A DNA stretch of 64,000 nucleotides from the human T2T-CHM13v2.0 reference genome, Homo sapiens. The notes below the pieces were generated by a model. The model was given only the letters and a program-made list of their open reading frames with translations. It had not been told where the DNA came from and ran no database searches. The position numbers were made by a program, and so were the translations under genes. Below, in pieces: positions 46,530 through 63,699 of the stretch; position 1 is the stretch's first letter, and each line of letters starts with the position of its first letter. Where the stretch lies: assembly GCF_009914755.1 (NCBI RefSeq), contig NC_060947.1; one strand, given 5' to 3'.

Positions 46530-46968
46530 CAATAGCCAAAAAATAGAAACAGCCCAAATACCCATCAACAGACAAATGAATGAACAAACTATTGTATATA
46601 CATGCAATTGAATATGATCCAACTGTACAAAAAGAATGAAGTACTGCTACATGCTACAACATGGATGAATCTGGAAAATATTATGCTATGTGAAAAAAGT
46701 TAGTTGCAAAAGACCACATATTGTATGATTCTATTTATATGAAATGTCCAGAATAGGCAAATTTGTACAAAAACTCTATCAGTGGTTGCCAGGAGCTGGG
46801 GCAATGGAATTGGCAAGCAACTACTTAATAGGTATGGGGTTTCCTTTCCAGGTGATGAAAACCATTTGGAACTAGTTAGTGGCAGTGGGTGTACAATATT
46901 GCAAACCACTGAATTTTTCCTTTTAAAATGGTTAATTTTATGTGAATTTCAACTAAATGAAAAAAAAT
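46530..46968 (+). mobile_element. L1MB 3' end
   Basis: CATGCTACAACATGGATGAA; GAAATGTCCAGAATAGGCAA; GTGGTTGCCAGG. Confidence 0.85.
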
Positions 46969-46970
46969 TT

Positions 46971-47277
46971 GGCCAGGCACAGTGGCTCACACCTGTAAAT
47001 CCCAGCACTTTGGAAGGCCAAGGCAGACGGATCACCTGAGGTCAGGAGTTCGAGACCAGCCTGACCAACATGGAGAAATCCCATCTCTACTAAAAATACA
47101 AAATTAGCCAGGCATGGTGGCACATGCCTGTAATCCCAGCTACTCGGGAGGCTGAGGCAGGAGAATCACTTGATCCCGTGAGGTGGAGGTTTCAGTGACC
47201 CGAGATCATGCCATTGCACTCCAGCCTGTGCAACAAGAGCAAAACTCCATCTAAAAAAAAAAAAAGAAAAGAAAAAA
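46971..47277 (+). mobile_element. AluSp-like
   Basis: CCTGACCAACATGGAGAAA; CAACAAGAGCAAAACTCC. Confidence 0.9.
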
Positions 47278-47408
47278 GTCTTACTCGAATCACAGGAGGC
47301 TCTATCTAACTTTTAATATTCAAGGTCACTTATTTTTAAGCTTGAGTTACATTAAAATCAGAAAATAATATTTAAAAATTAATGAGAATAGTTGCTAATT
47401 ATTTTTAA

Positions 47409-47711
<303 letters not shown>

Positions 47712-47997
47712 TGACCAGTGGTGATATTCAAAATATTTAATGACTTGTGCAGCATGGACACTGACAAATCAGATACATTACCAGATGTCAACAACTGATG
47801 GGCAAATGTTCTACTTACATTATCTCTGATAATCAATTTAATAGGAAGTTTAGCTGAGCAAACAATGAAGCCATAACCAAGGCACCACAGTCTTCCCTAT
47901 GACAATGAGTCTGATCTATAAACCTAGCATCCAGGAGGAAATAAATAGGTACACAGACACTGGTATTAAAAGCTATGTCACATATGTTTGTGATGTG

Positions 47998-49204
47998 TTA
48001 TTAGTGAATAGTTCATTGTTTGGCTTGAATGTTTACATGGCCTAGTATTTTTCCCTGCATAGTCTGTAACAGGGAAAATCATTAGGCTGTATGTCATGCT
48101 CTACATTCTGTTGTGAAAGGCAGTCAACTAATGCCAGGGAATGACATCTGCAGAACTTTGTCTGGAATCGGAACGTACGGACATGCCACATACAGCTGAA
48201 GTGATATATCTGGATTCAATATTTATATCCCCCCAAAGTTTCTATGTTGAAGTTTTCCCAATGTGATGGTATTTGGAAATGGAGCCTTTAGGAAATAATT
48301 AGGGTTAGATAGGGTCCGGGGGAGGGTGTCCTCATGATGAGATTAGTGCCCTTATAAGCTCTTACCAGAGAGCTCACTTATTCTCCCTATGTGAACACAG
48401 AGAAGAGGTCATGAGCACACAGCAATATGGTGGGCCACCTACAAGCCAAGAAAAGAGGCCTCAGAATGAAACCTACCTTGCCCTGCACCTTGATCCTAGA
48501 CTTCCAGTCTCCAGAACTGTGAAAAATAAATTTCTGTTGTTTAAGCCACCCAGTCTGTGGTATTTTGTTATGGCAGCCTGAGCAGATTAAGACATAAAGA
48601 CTTCAATTTAAAAATTTTTCTCCCCTATATGGGTCTTTATATTCCTCGTTTTTGAAGTAGTCAAAGAAGGAATCATACCCCCATCCTGAAGGCATTCTCT
48701 GTATGGCCCCTTTTTCTACATTACTTTCTTGGTTATTTTGAACACAAAGTACCTTAATGTGGTAAAAGGACAACAGATAGTTTACCATTCATCCAAAGAA
48801 TGATGAATAAAATAAAGTGATCTCGTTCCATGTTTTTGCAATTCTAAGTGAATATGTACATATTTGTTACTGAAAAGTTGTAAATAATATAAGGGTTGGG
48901 TTTTTTTATTAGTAAAGTTGTTTAGGAACATTGAGGTTTCAATTTATTCAGTAAAGTGATGTGAAGAAGCTTGTTTGAACTTTTCTAACTTATTAGTGAA
49001 TAGTTCACTGCTCTGCTTGAATGTGTACATGGCCTAGTATTTTTCCTGCGTAGTTTGTGATAGGGAAAATCATTAGGCTGTATGTCATGCCCCACATTCT
49101 GTTGTGAAATTCAGTCAACAAATACCAGAGATGTCCACAGACCTTTGTCTGGGATTGGAACAGAAGAACGTACCACATAGGGCTGAAGTGATATATCTGG
49201 ATTC
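47998..49204 (+). repeat. Direct duplication of about 215 bp (47998-48217 and 48990-49204)
   Basis: TTATTAGTGAATAGTTCA...AGGGAAAATCATTAGGCTGTATGTCATGC...GCTGAAGTGATATATCTGGATTC in both copies. Confidence 0.92.
48210..48594 (+). mobile_element. MLT1A0-like MaLR LTR
   Basis: ATGTGATGGTATTTGGA; GATTAGTGCCCTTATAAG; AATAAATTTCTGTTGTTTAAGCCACCCAGTCT; ends AAGACA. Confidence 0.85.
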
Positions 49205-50152
49205 CTTCTCTTCATCTTTTCTTCCGTCCTTGTTTGTCTCAGAGAAATACATTTATGATATGACTCCTATGGTTAAGACTTGTATCAAGATAAATTGATT
49301 TGTAGCAGTCTGACCAGGGAGATACTAATTCCACTTAATCTGCATAGCTCGAAATAAGTTACCATGAAAAAGAAAAGAATGAAAGACTTTGTACTTGTTT
49401 TGTCTCTTACATTTTTAAAATCCAATTCTCCTTATATAAGAAAGAAAGCAGTATTTTAGCCAAAATCTATGGAAGGTAGACTTGCTATATTTAAAACAAT
49501 GTTGTTTTTGTATAGGTTTTTGAAAATCTGTGAAATGGACTGATTTCTAACGTGCCTTAACATGACTACTTTTCTAGTAATGTTTTAGATGTCATTCATT
49601 CTGCATTTAAAAATATTATTCACATGGCACAATGTAGTAACAAATACAGTCAAATGCCTGGCTAGTATGTTTTTTGGCAATTTCTATAAACTTTTACAAT
49701 CTGGAAAAATCAAGTTGGAATAACTCAGCAACAAGCAGGGTGTGGATTTAGGAAAATAGAGTGGGGTTCTCCATGCTGCGAAGTAGAAATCCAGCCCAAA
49801 GCAGCAGCCGATGATACGTTATTATCTGTGGAGGAGGCCACATAGAAAAATGAAATAAAATTGAAGGATCCAATCAAATGAAATGAATGTGAATACAGTA
49901 TATTGTACAAAAATAGAACCAAAAAATATGTGGGTTATGAGCCTCCGTTAAATGCATTAATTCAGAGAAACATTTTAACTTTCATTTGCATTACCCTTCA
50001 ACCTGTCAAATTGTTGTGTGGCTTTTAAGTTAGCATTCTTATCTTCATAGACAATTGCAAACATTCTTTTCCATTTTCTAAGTATAAATTATTATAAAAA
50101 TAATAAATTAAGCATGGATTTTAATAACTAACATTTTAAAAGGATACTTTTA

Positions 50153-50555
<403 letters not shown>

Positions 50556-51299
50556 TTAACTTCTCTAAACCTCCATTTCTCCATTCATATAATGGCATCT
50601 ACTTTTTAGAGCTGTTGAGAGTGCAATATAAATAAACAAATGAAAATGCTCTGTGCATACTAAGCACTGAAAAAATATAAATTTCTTTTCAAATGCCTCA
50701 ATAATAAGTAAATTCAACTTTATTATTTCAGAAACATCACTAAAGATATTATTATATAAATTATTATATAAGTAATATTATTGTATTATTTTACCATACA
50801 TTTTTATGCTTCTGCTTGTACAACCCTTTTATTACTCTTGTTTATCCTATCAGTTCTTTTTAAGATATTATTTATTTACTAGTTTGATTTACCAATGTTA
50901 TTTTTATTCTCAAGGGCTGATGCTTCCTTTCTACTCTACTTTTTCTTCATCCCCTTTCTAGTATCTCTAGTCTTTCATCTGCTTTTACTCAAACCTTGAT
51001 TTTTCTGAGTTATAGCCTCTGAAGCATGTGTAGCATTTGATAGATTGTTTCACGGCTTTACCTTTCATAGGAAAGGTAATTTACAAATGAAGTGAGGCTC
51101 GCACATTAGTGATGTGACTGGATTTCTTTTTAACACACATGGCAGAATTTATATTTTCACATCAGTGTTGTCACAGTCAAAGCAGTCACTGTGGGAGTTC
51201 ATCCATTTGTCTGTAATTATGTGATTATTGATACTAACATGGGTCTCAGGACGCAAGTGTATTATGCTTGAGGAAGTTTGTGTGTATCCCAATTCAAGC

Positions 51300-53810
51300 A
51301 TAGCTTTCAACCTTCACTCTCCCTCAACCACTTCATGATTTCCAAATTATTCATTACAGTGGTCAAACAGTGTAATCACCCCCTCAACTAGCTTACCCCT
51401 TGCTTCATCTTACTCACTTGAAAAAGCTCCAACAGTAGTTATATCTAACTTTCTGCCTATTCCATACCTGTACTCTTGCTGCTGAACATAGATGGAGAAA
51501 AAAATCCCACACAACCACCAACTTCAAATAGATTCTTAATGCAGCTCAAGAATCATATTACATTTTCCTAGTCCATTCACTCTCCCAATCTCATAAATTA
51601 CTATTTCACACTTCTCCTGTCCTCAAACTTCCAACATCTTCTCCTCCCATTATCACACTCACCTAAGAGCAAACAGAAACTGGAAAAGAACTCTCACAAC
51701 GTTTCACCACCACATCTACCAAGCAACCAGCTTCGGTGCCTGTGTGTGGAATTGTGCCTATATGCCCATGCTCCTATTTTATGCCAACCCTTCCCTTTAT
51801 CCACTAGATTCTATCCCTACTCATCTACTCAAGAACATCATCCCAGCAATTCATCCCTCAATCTCCTGCATCATCCATTTCCTGCTTTCTACTAAATCAT
51901 TGCCATCAGCATTTTTAAAAATACTATTGTTTCTCTCATCTGAAAAAGTACTTTATCCCACTTCTCCCCCAACACACACATTTTTAGTCTCTACTTTATA
52001 GCAAAACTCAGAAAAACCTGCCCATACACCCATTTTCTGTTGAGCCCACTGCAATCAGGCTTTCACCACCATCATTCCAATCCAACTACTCTTTTCAAGC
52101 TCATCAGCGGCCTCCACATTGCTAAACCCAATGTTCAATTCTCAGTTCAAACCTTATTTGTCTTATTAGCAGGAATTATCATTTACCACTCACTCCTGCT
52201 TGGCTTCCAGGGCCCCACCTTCTTCTGTCTCACTGGCCTCTCATTATCAGTCTCCTTTGCTGAATCTTCTTTTTAGCCCAATTTCTGGAGTGTCCCAGGG
52301 CTCAATCCTTGGTCTTTTTCTCTTCTTTATCTATTGAACCTTGCAGTACTCTTTGGTAATCTCGTCCATTCTTTAAATATTGTCTGTATGCTGATGACTT
52401 CCAAACATATATGATCAGCCTTCTCCCATGAACTCCAGGATCATATATCCAACACCTCTATTTGGATGTCTAATAGGCTTCACAGACCCAAAATCAATTT
52501 CCTGATAACTCTCAAGCCTATTCTTCTCACATTTTTTATCTCACTAAAGAGCAACTCCATCCTTCAAGTTGTCCAACCTAAAAATCAGAGAGTTGTCCTT
52601 ATTATTCTCTATTCCTCATTAGCCACATCTAAAAGTCCTGTCAATAATACTTTCAAAACATATTCAGAATGCAACCACTTCTCACCACCTCCTCTGCCAA
52701 GTTAATGATTGAAATTACTAGCACTTTTTGCCTGGATTACTTCAATACTCCCCTAGATGGTCTCCCTGCTTCCATTTTTGCTCACCAATATAGTTTGGAT
52801 GTGTGTCCCTATCCAAATTAAATGCTGAATTGTAATCTTCAATGCTGGAGGTGGGGCCTGGTGGGCGGTAATTGGATCATGGGGTGGAGTTTGTTATGAA
52901 TGTTTTGGCACCACCCCCCTTGGTACTGTATAGTGAGTGAATTCTCAATGAGATCTGGTTGTTCAAAGTGTGTAGCACTCCCAACCTTTCTCTCTTCCTC
53001 CTGCTCCAGCCACATAAAAAGTGCCTGCTTCCCCTTTGCCTCTCGCCATGATTGTAAGTTTCCTGAGACATCCTCAGAAGCAGAAGCTGCTATGCTTCCC
53101 TTACAGCCATGTGGAACTGTGAGCCAATTAAACCTCTTTTCTTTATAAATTACCGAGTCTCAAGTACTTATTTATAGCAGTGCGAGAACAGACTAATACA
53201 CTCACCTACCTATATAGTCTGCTCTCACCACAGCAGCCAGAGTGATCCTGTTAAAACATAAGTCAAATCACATAACTCATTTACTCAAAAACCCTATTCC
53301 AAATCCAAAGTTGTTACAGTGACCCATAAGACCCTACCAGAACGGATTCTCTGTTCCCTTTCTGAATTTATCTCCAGCTACTCACCCTCTTGCTTGCTTC
53401 AGTCCAGCACATTGGCCTCTTATTTCTGACACCCTATAGTCAGTTTTCTACCTGAGTCTCTCCACTTGCTGTTCTCTCTACTTGTAACATTCTTCCCACA
53501 GACATCCACATAATTAGCTCTCACTTCTTCCAAGCCTTCATCGAGACTTTCTCTGACTATCCTATCTAAAGTTAAGCTACAATCACACAACCACCACTAA
53601 TTTAATCAAACCTTTTCTGAATCGCTTTTTCTTTATCACCCTTTACATTTTACTTGTTAATGTTGTTTAATATCTGTCCCTGCCCCCACCTAGAACATAA
53701 GTTCACAAGGCAGAGATTTTGCCTGATCTGTTTATTATTGTATCTGTAGGATATAGAACAGAGCCCAGAAACATAAAGTAGGCGCTCAAGACACTTTGTT
53801 GGATAAATTA
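51300..53810 (+). mobile_element. Long L2 fragment (RT region to 3' end), split by an MSTA LTR
   Basis: Decayed L2 ORF2 motifs (PLQSGF..HHS..T.L.K..SGLHIAK; GVSQGSILG.FL; LYADD.Q.Y) and an L2 3' terminus. Confidence 0.85.
52786..53200 (+). mobile_element. MSTA-like MaLR solo LTR
   Basis: Ends GACTAATACA; 5-bp TSD CTCAC at 52781-52785 and 53201-53205. Confidence 0.88.
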
Positions 53811-54325
53811 TTTCTAGCTTAAAAACTTCCAGCAGACAAACCTTCATGTTCTGAATTGTGGCATAATTATTTGAGTAGAATCCTAGAATGAAACAGGAAT
53901 TCTGATTTTGAAACAACAATCAAACAAACCAAAAACTTGGAAGTAAGATGTAGGACACAGGATGAGATTCCAAGGAGAATGAGAATGCAAAGATGAGAAA
54001 TCAAAGAGCAAGGGAAATAATAGGCATAGAGGTAAACAGCATGAACCCCTTCATGGGGATGCTCTCAGTCATCAGACCCCTATATCCATGGTACATGCTG
54101 TTAGTAGCCCACCTGCACTGAAGTGAGTGTGGTTCAGTTAGACAGATAGGTGGGACCAGGAATGCACAGATTAAGTTGGCAGCTGTTTGGAATAATATCA
54201 TTGCACACACTGCTGTAAGGATTTCCTACACTTAGATGCATAGGAATGTAGAAGGGGATTCTCCTACCATGCAACTTAGCAGTTATGAGTTATTGGCTTG
54301 TGGAGCTGTTGAAAAAGTTGCAGTG

Positions 54326-55190
<865 letters not shown>

Positions 55191-55191
55191 C

Positions 55192-55360
55192 AAAGGAAGG
55201 AAGAAAGAAGGAAAGAAAGAAAGAGGAAGGAAGGAAGGAAAAGAGAAAGAGAGAGAGAAAAAAAAGAAAAAGAAGAAGGAAAGAAAGAAAGAAAGAAAAA
55301 GAAAGAAAGAAAGAAGGAAGGAAGGAAAGAAGGAAGAAAGAAAGGAAGAAAGAAAGAAAA
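55192..55360 (+). repeat. Pure purine (GAAA/GGAA/GA) low-complexity tract
   Basis: Read directly; derived from the Alu tail. Confidence 0.92.
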
Positions 55361-55609
55361 TAAATTAATTACAGTGGATAAAGAGGTTCTCTTCAGATTC
55401 CATTTCACAGTGAGTAGAGGGGGAAAAAAAACCCCATCTTGGATTTACCTATGAACTGAGAGCCTGGGTGACTGACATCTTATCTATTGTCTCTGAGTGA
55501 GTGGCAGCAATCCTCAAGAATCTTGGATTCCAGGCAAAAGATTCAGTATCCATTGCAATGGAGGGTAGAGAGACTGGGGCCAAAGGCCCTGTTCTCAGCT
55601 GATGAGACT

Positions 55610-56830
55610 CATTTAAGCTAAGTGCTGGGGATACAGCAAAAAAATAAGATGCCACCCCCGCACTCAAGGAGCTCAAACTCCGGTGGGGATTGGGATGAGG
55701 AAATATGGCCCAATAAATAGACCATAAAAATATAATATTTTAAGGGCAATGATAAAATACAGGTTGTCATTAAAAAAAAAGTCAAGAAGGGGAACCAAAT
55801 ACACTCTAGATTGAGTGGGATCAAATAAATCTTTCAAGAAGTGATGCCAAAATGTAGGCCTGAAGAATAAGTAGGAAAGTAGTATGGAAGGAGATGGGGC
55901 ATTTTATGCAGAGAAGACTATGAGCAAATGAATGTAGGTAAATAATGGCATGGGTGTTCCAAAGAACTACAACGCATTCATTATTGCTGGATAATGAAGT
56001 TTGAATTGGGGGGTGATCAGGCATAACACAGGGGAAGCAAGTGGGAGCTAGTTATGGGGCCCTGTGTTCTTACTTAAAGACCTTCTTCTGTAGATAAGGG
56101 GGTGGTGGGAAGGTTTTGAGCATGGGAGTCAGCATTTCAGAAAATTTCCTCTCACTGCAAAATGTGGGCTCCACTGAAATAATAAGACTGGAGACTGGAA
56201 AAACAGGCAGGCAAATCACTGTTATAACTTAGAAGAGATGATGGTTGATTGAGCTAGGATAATGACAGTAAAGAAGGGGAGAAGGAGAATTTAAGAAACA
56301 TTTCAAGGTTAAAATAAGTAAGTCTTTGATGACTGACATAGTTTGATATTAGCATTCTCCAAATATGACCCCCAGTGTTGGAGGTGGGGTCTAGTGGGAG
56401 GTGTTTGGCTCACTGGGGCAGATCCCACATGAATGGCTTGGTGCCCTTTCTGCAGTAACGAGTGAGTTCTTGTTCTATTAGTTCATGGACAAGCTGGTTG
56501 TTTAAAAACTTGACACACCTCCCATCACTCTCTTGCTCCCTCTCTTTCTATGTGACATGCCAGCTCTCCTTCCACTTTTCCCATGAATGAAAGCTTCCCG
56601 AGGCCTTCACCAGAAGCAGATGCTGATGCCATGCTTCCTATACAGCCTGCAGAACTGTGAGCCAAATAAATCTCTTTTCCTTATAAATTACCCAGTCTCA
56701 GGTATTTCTTTATAGCAACACAAAATGGACTAACACAATGACTTACTGGATATTAGGATGAGAAGAATAGAAGAAGCTAGGATAACTTCCATTTTTCTTG
56801 CTTGGGCATCTGTGTGGAAGGGGGTACCAT
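55610..56830 (-). mobile_element. L2 fragments split by an MSTB LTR
   Basis: CTAAGTGCTGGGGATACAG; GCACTCAAGGAGCTCA; GAAGGTTTTGAGCA; GAGATGATGGT. Confidence 0.6.
56334..56737 (+). mobile_element. MSTB-like MaLR LTR
   Basis: ATGAATGGCTTGGTGCC; CACCAGAAGCAGATGCTG; TACCCAGTCTCAGGTATTTCTTTATAGCA..GGACTAACACA. Confidence 0.85.
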
Positions 56831-57194
56831 ACTTTTTGAAACAGAAAATAAAGAGGTACCTGTTATCAGAGAAGGTGCTTAGTATTACTGGACTGAGATC
56901 AGTAACAGAAAGGACTTCCATTAGATGATTGTGGGAGCTATTGAATTCAGGAAGTCACTGGAAGCTGAAAGTTGAATGTGAAGCTAAATTGCAAAAGGCA
57001 AGGAATGGCCAAAACCAACTATTTGAAGATGAGTAGATTTCTAGGAATCAGAGACCAGAGATGTAAACACAGTAGATGGCACATAAATGAAGAGAGGTAC
57101 ATAAAATTATACTCTGCAACTCATATAGCACCAAGCTAAGCTGGCTGACCTTAAAGAACCAGTAACTGAATGAGCAGAGATATGTGTTTTGGAA

Positions 57195-57815
57195 TAGTGT
57201 ATAAATATGCTTTCAGCTGTATGTAATAGAAAATCCCATGGTATAAACCATAAAGAAAATGTTTAACACATATAAGAAGAAGACTCAAGTTTAGGTGGCT
57301 TTACTGTTTGTTTTCTTTTGTTTCATTTTTTCTGTGCCTCAAAGAATTATAGGACAAGGTTCATTCCATCTTTCTGTTCTGCCATGCGTATGGTGGCAAT
57401 TTTGTCCTCTGCGTAAAGTGGCAATTTTGTCCTCTGCCTTATTCTTCTTTCTTATGTTCAGAAGATGATTGCTGCAGTTCCAGCCACAACATCTAACATA
57501 ACTACCACCAGTGGAAGAAGAGACCATATTATCCTGTGAATATCTATTAAAGATTGAGTAAACTATTTCAAAAAGCTCCCCACCAAAACATCCTCTCTCA
57601 TATAATTAATGAAAATTGAGTTACATGTCCATACTGCAAACACTAACAAGGGGAAAGAGATTTGTATCATTGGCTTAGACTAATCAGTATTTACTACCTC
57701 AGCAAGTGATGTGGTCATTCTCACTAAAGGACAAATAATGGAGAAAAATTGGGGTTCTGTTGACAAGGAAGAAGGGGTGGTAGGTACTGAATAGGTATCC
57801 AACAGTGTCCACCAC
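57195..57815 (-). mobile_element. Old MLT1 (K/L-like) LTR
   Basis: ATGCTTTCAGCTG; AAGATG..TGCTGCAGTTCCAG; CATTGGCTTAGACTAATCA; GGGGTTCTGTT. Confidence 0.55.
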
Positions 57816-58157
57816 ACTCTTCAGCAGAAAAAAGAAAAAAAAACTGTTATTTGACAGCAGATTTCATTTTTTTAATGGACAAGTAATTCTGAAGCCAACA
57901 CTCACGAATAAGGAAGATGGATGATCAATCTAAGCACAACCTTTCTCTCCTAGATCAGTTTCACTGTATGCTAAAGGCTTGCTACTTAAAGTGTGGTCCA
58001 TGGATTAGCATAACCTGGGCTACTAGGAGGGCTTACTAGGAAAGAAGACTATGAGACTCAACCACAGAACTACCACTGTGGCTTAAATGTTTGTGTCCCT
58101 TCCAAAATTTATGTTGAAATTTAATCTCCAATGCAAAATTATTAAGAGCTTGGGCTT

Positions 58158-58470
<313 letters not shown>

Positions 58471-58597
58471 GGATGGGGCCTTTAGGAGGTGATTAGGCCA
58501 TGAGAGCTCTACCCCTATGAATGGGATTCATGCTTTACAAAAGGGCTGGAGGGAACTAACTAGATCCTTTTGCCCTTCTGTCCTTCCCGCCATGTGA

Positions 58598-58990
<393 letters not shown>

Positions 58991-59289
58991 TCAAGATGCT
59001 ATCTTGTAAGTAGAGACAGGCTTCACCAGACACTGAACCTGCCGGCAACTTGATCTTGGCCTTTCCAGAATTGTGAGAAACAAATATCTATTATTATAAA
59101 TGACCTAATCTCAGATATTTTGTTATAACAGCACAAACAGATTAAGACAACTACTGAATTAGAAGCCACCTTTTTAAAGTAATACAGTTTAAAGAGATGA
59201 TTGTGTGCATTTAAAGTTACACTAAGCAACACTAGTCCTATTAGATGTCCCTTTGAAAAAGTGTCATACATTTAATAGAGGACTTTAAA

Positions 59290-60245
59290 ATGTATTTTTT
59301 AAAAATCTCTCAAAATGCAACAATAAAACAAGAAAAGCCCAATAAAATGTGGGCAAAATATTTGAACAGTCATTACACCAGAGAAGATATACAGATGGCA
59401 AATAAGCCCATGAAAATATATTCAACATCATTAATCATTACAGAAGCACATGACAATATAATCTATTAGAATCATTACAGAAGCACATGACAATACACAT
59501 CTATTAGAATGGCTAAAATGAAAACAATGACCATACTCGGTGTGGTGAGAATCTGAAGGACTGGAACTGTCTTATACTGCTGGTGAGAATGGAAAATGGA
59601 ACAACTGATTTGCACAACACTTTGGCAGTTTTCTAAAAAGTTAAACACACTAAAAGGCTAAACATACACTTCCCATATGATTCAGCCATTCTAGTAATAG
59701 TTATTTATCCAAGAGAACTGAAAGCCTATGTCTCTGTAAAGACTTGTACATTAATGCACAAAGCAGTTTTATTTACAATAGCCAAAACATGGAAATGTCC
59801 ATCAATGAAAGAATGGATAAACATACTGTGGTATATTCATACAATGGACTTCTATATATTCAGCCATAAAAAGGGATGAACTACTGATAAATGTAACAAC
59901 ATAGAAAAAAGTCTAAAAATAAGTATGCTAAGTGAAAGAAGCCAGGCCAAAAAAGATGACATACTGTATAATTTTATTTATGTAAAACACTAGAAATTAT
60001 AAACTAGTGGCAGAAATCAGATGGGTGGTTGCCTGGTAATGAAAGCAGGAGATGGTGATGACCAGAGGGCAGGATTAAGAAGGGATAGGAGTAAATTTGG
60101 GGGGATTATGGATATGATAATTACCTTGGTTGTGGACATGGTCTCATGGATATCTATATATATCAAAATGTATGAAGCAGCACACTTTAAACATCTGAAG
60201 TTAAAAAATACATATATGCATATACCAATTATATTTCAATAAAAT
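59290..60245 (+). mobile_element. L1MC-type 3' fragment with an internal 37-38 bp tandem duplication (59433-59507)
   Basis: GAAGATATACAGATGGCAAATAAG; GAATGGATAAACA; TATGCTAAGTGAAAGAAGCCAG; ends TCAATAAA. Confidence 0.85.
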
Positions 60246-60369
60246 GGTTTTGAAAAAGCAGCCCATGGTCAAAAAATGTGGAAAAAACATACCGTGTTCA
60301 ACTTTGGAGCTTGTAAATGCTCATGCACAGATTAAAATCTCAGAGAAAACTTACAGTAAAGAAATCTAT

Positions 60370-60530
60370 TAGTTGGACATGGTGACACGTGCCTGTAGTC
60401 TGAGCTATGAAGGAGGCTGAGGTGGGAGGATCTCTTGAGCCCCAAGAGTTTGAGGCTTCGATAAGCTGTGATCACTCCAGCCACAGCACTCTAGCCTAGG
60501 TGACAGAGTGAGACCTCATCTTTAAAGAAA
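60370..60530 (+). mobile_element. Alu right-arm monomer
   Basis: FRAM- or AluJ-like right arm. Confidence 0.75.
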
Positions 60531-60729
60531 AAGGAGAGGGGGAAGGGAAAAAAAGAAATCTGCTATCTGCTTGACCCAAATTTTCACAGTTATATGACAA
60601 TAAAATACTTCCACCATGTAATAGCTATTAACATCCCATAGACAAATCTGTCATGGGATTAGAGAAAGAAAACTAATTAAAATTAAAAGTATATACCCAA
60701 TAGACACTTTGGGAAATGCTGCTCTATGA

Positions 60730-60915
60730 CAGTGATTCTCAAAACATGACCCAGCACCACCAGCATTGTCCTTACCTGGAGATGTGTTAGAAATGCAAAT
60801 TATCAGGCTCCATTTTTAACCTACTAAATCAGAAATTCAGGGTGGGACCCACAAGTCTATATATCAACAAGTGCTCCACGTGATTCTGAAGCACCCTAAA
60901 GTTTGAGAAACACCA
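60730..60915. mobile_element. MER5A-like hAT-Charlie element
   Basis: CAGTGATTCTCAAA...TGTTAGAAATGCAAAT...GTGATTCTGA..AAAGTTTGAGAA. Confidence 0.85.
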
Positions 60916-61135
60916 TTTTAGAACAATATGTCTGACCTCTTGTGTTTCTAGTAAACTGACTATATAACAATGGTAATATATTTAGAACAAATATGTAGCC
61001 TAACAACACAATAAATTGGGTGTGGAAAACATCTTTTTTAGAAATGTAAAGACTAGCATATTTATTTTAAAAGAAAAGCAGTCTCAACCTCCTCCTCCTC
61101 CTCAACCTCCTCCTCCTCCTTCTCCTCCTCCTTCT

Positions 61136-61433
61136 TTGTTTTTTGAGACAGAGTCTCACTCTGTCACCCGGGCTGGAGGGCAGTGGCCCAATCACAGCTC
61201 ACTACAGCCATAACCTCCCGGGCTCAAGTGATCCTCTCACCTAAGCCTCCTGAGTAGCTGGGACCACAGGTGCATGGCACCACACCTGGCTAATTATTTT
61301 ATTTTATTTTTTCATAGAGATAGGGGGTCTCACTATGTTGCCCAGGCTAGTCTCTAAGTCTTGGGCTCAAGTGATCCTCCCACCTTAGCCTCTCAAAGTG
61401 CTGAGATTACAGGCACGAGCCACCATGCTTAGC
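61136..61433 (-). mobile_element. AluJ flanked by direct repeats of about 115 bp
   Basis: Alu with adjoining (CCT)n; repeats at about 60977-61090 and 61434-61545. Confidence 0.88.
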
Positions 61434-61609
61434 TATATTTGGAATAAATATGTAGCCTACTGAGACAATGAATTGAGTGTAGAAAACATATTTTAGATCT
61501 ATAAATGCTGGTATGTTTATTTTAAAAGAAGAGCAATCTCAACCTTATTCTTGAATCTTATATATCAAAGTAGTTCAGTGCTCCAGGGAAAGGCACCACA
61601 AAAATGCAA

Positions 61610-63699
<2,090 letters not shown>

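Noticed and set aside
47985-48217. Duplicated unit as a snoRNA (TGATG and CTGA motifs) or CR1 relic (EVIYLD)
   Set aside because: No proper RUGAUGA box, terminal stem or H/ACA layout seen; the peptide match is too short to trust.
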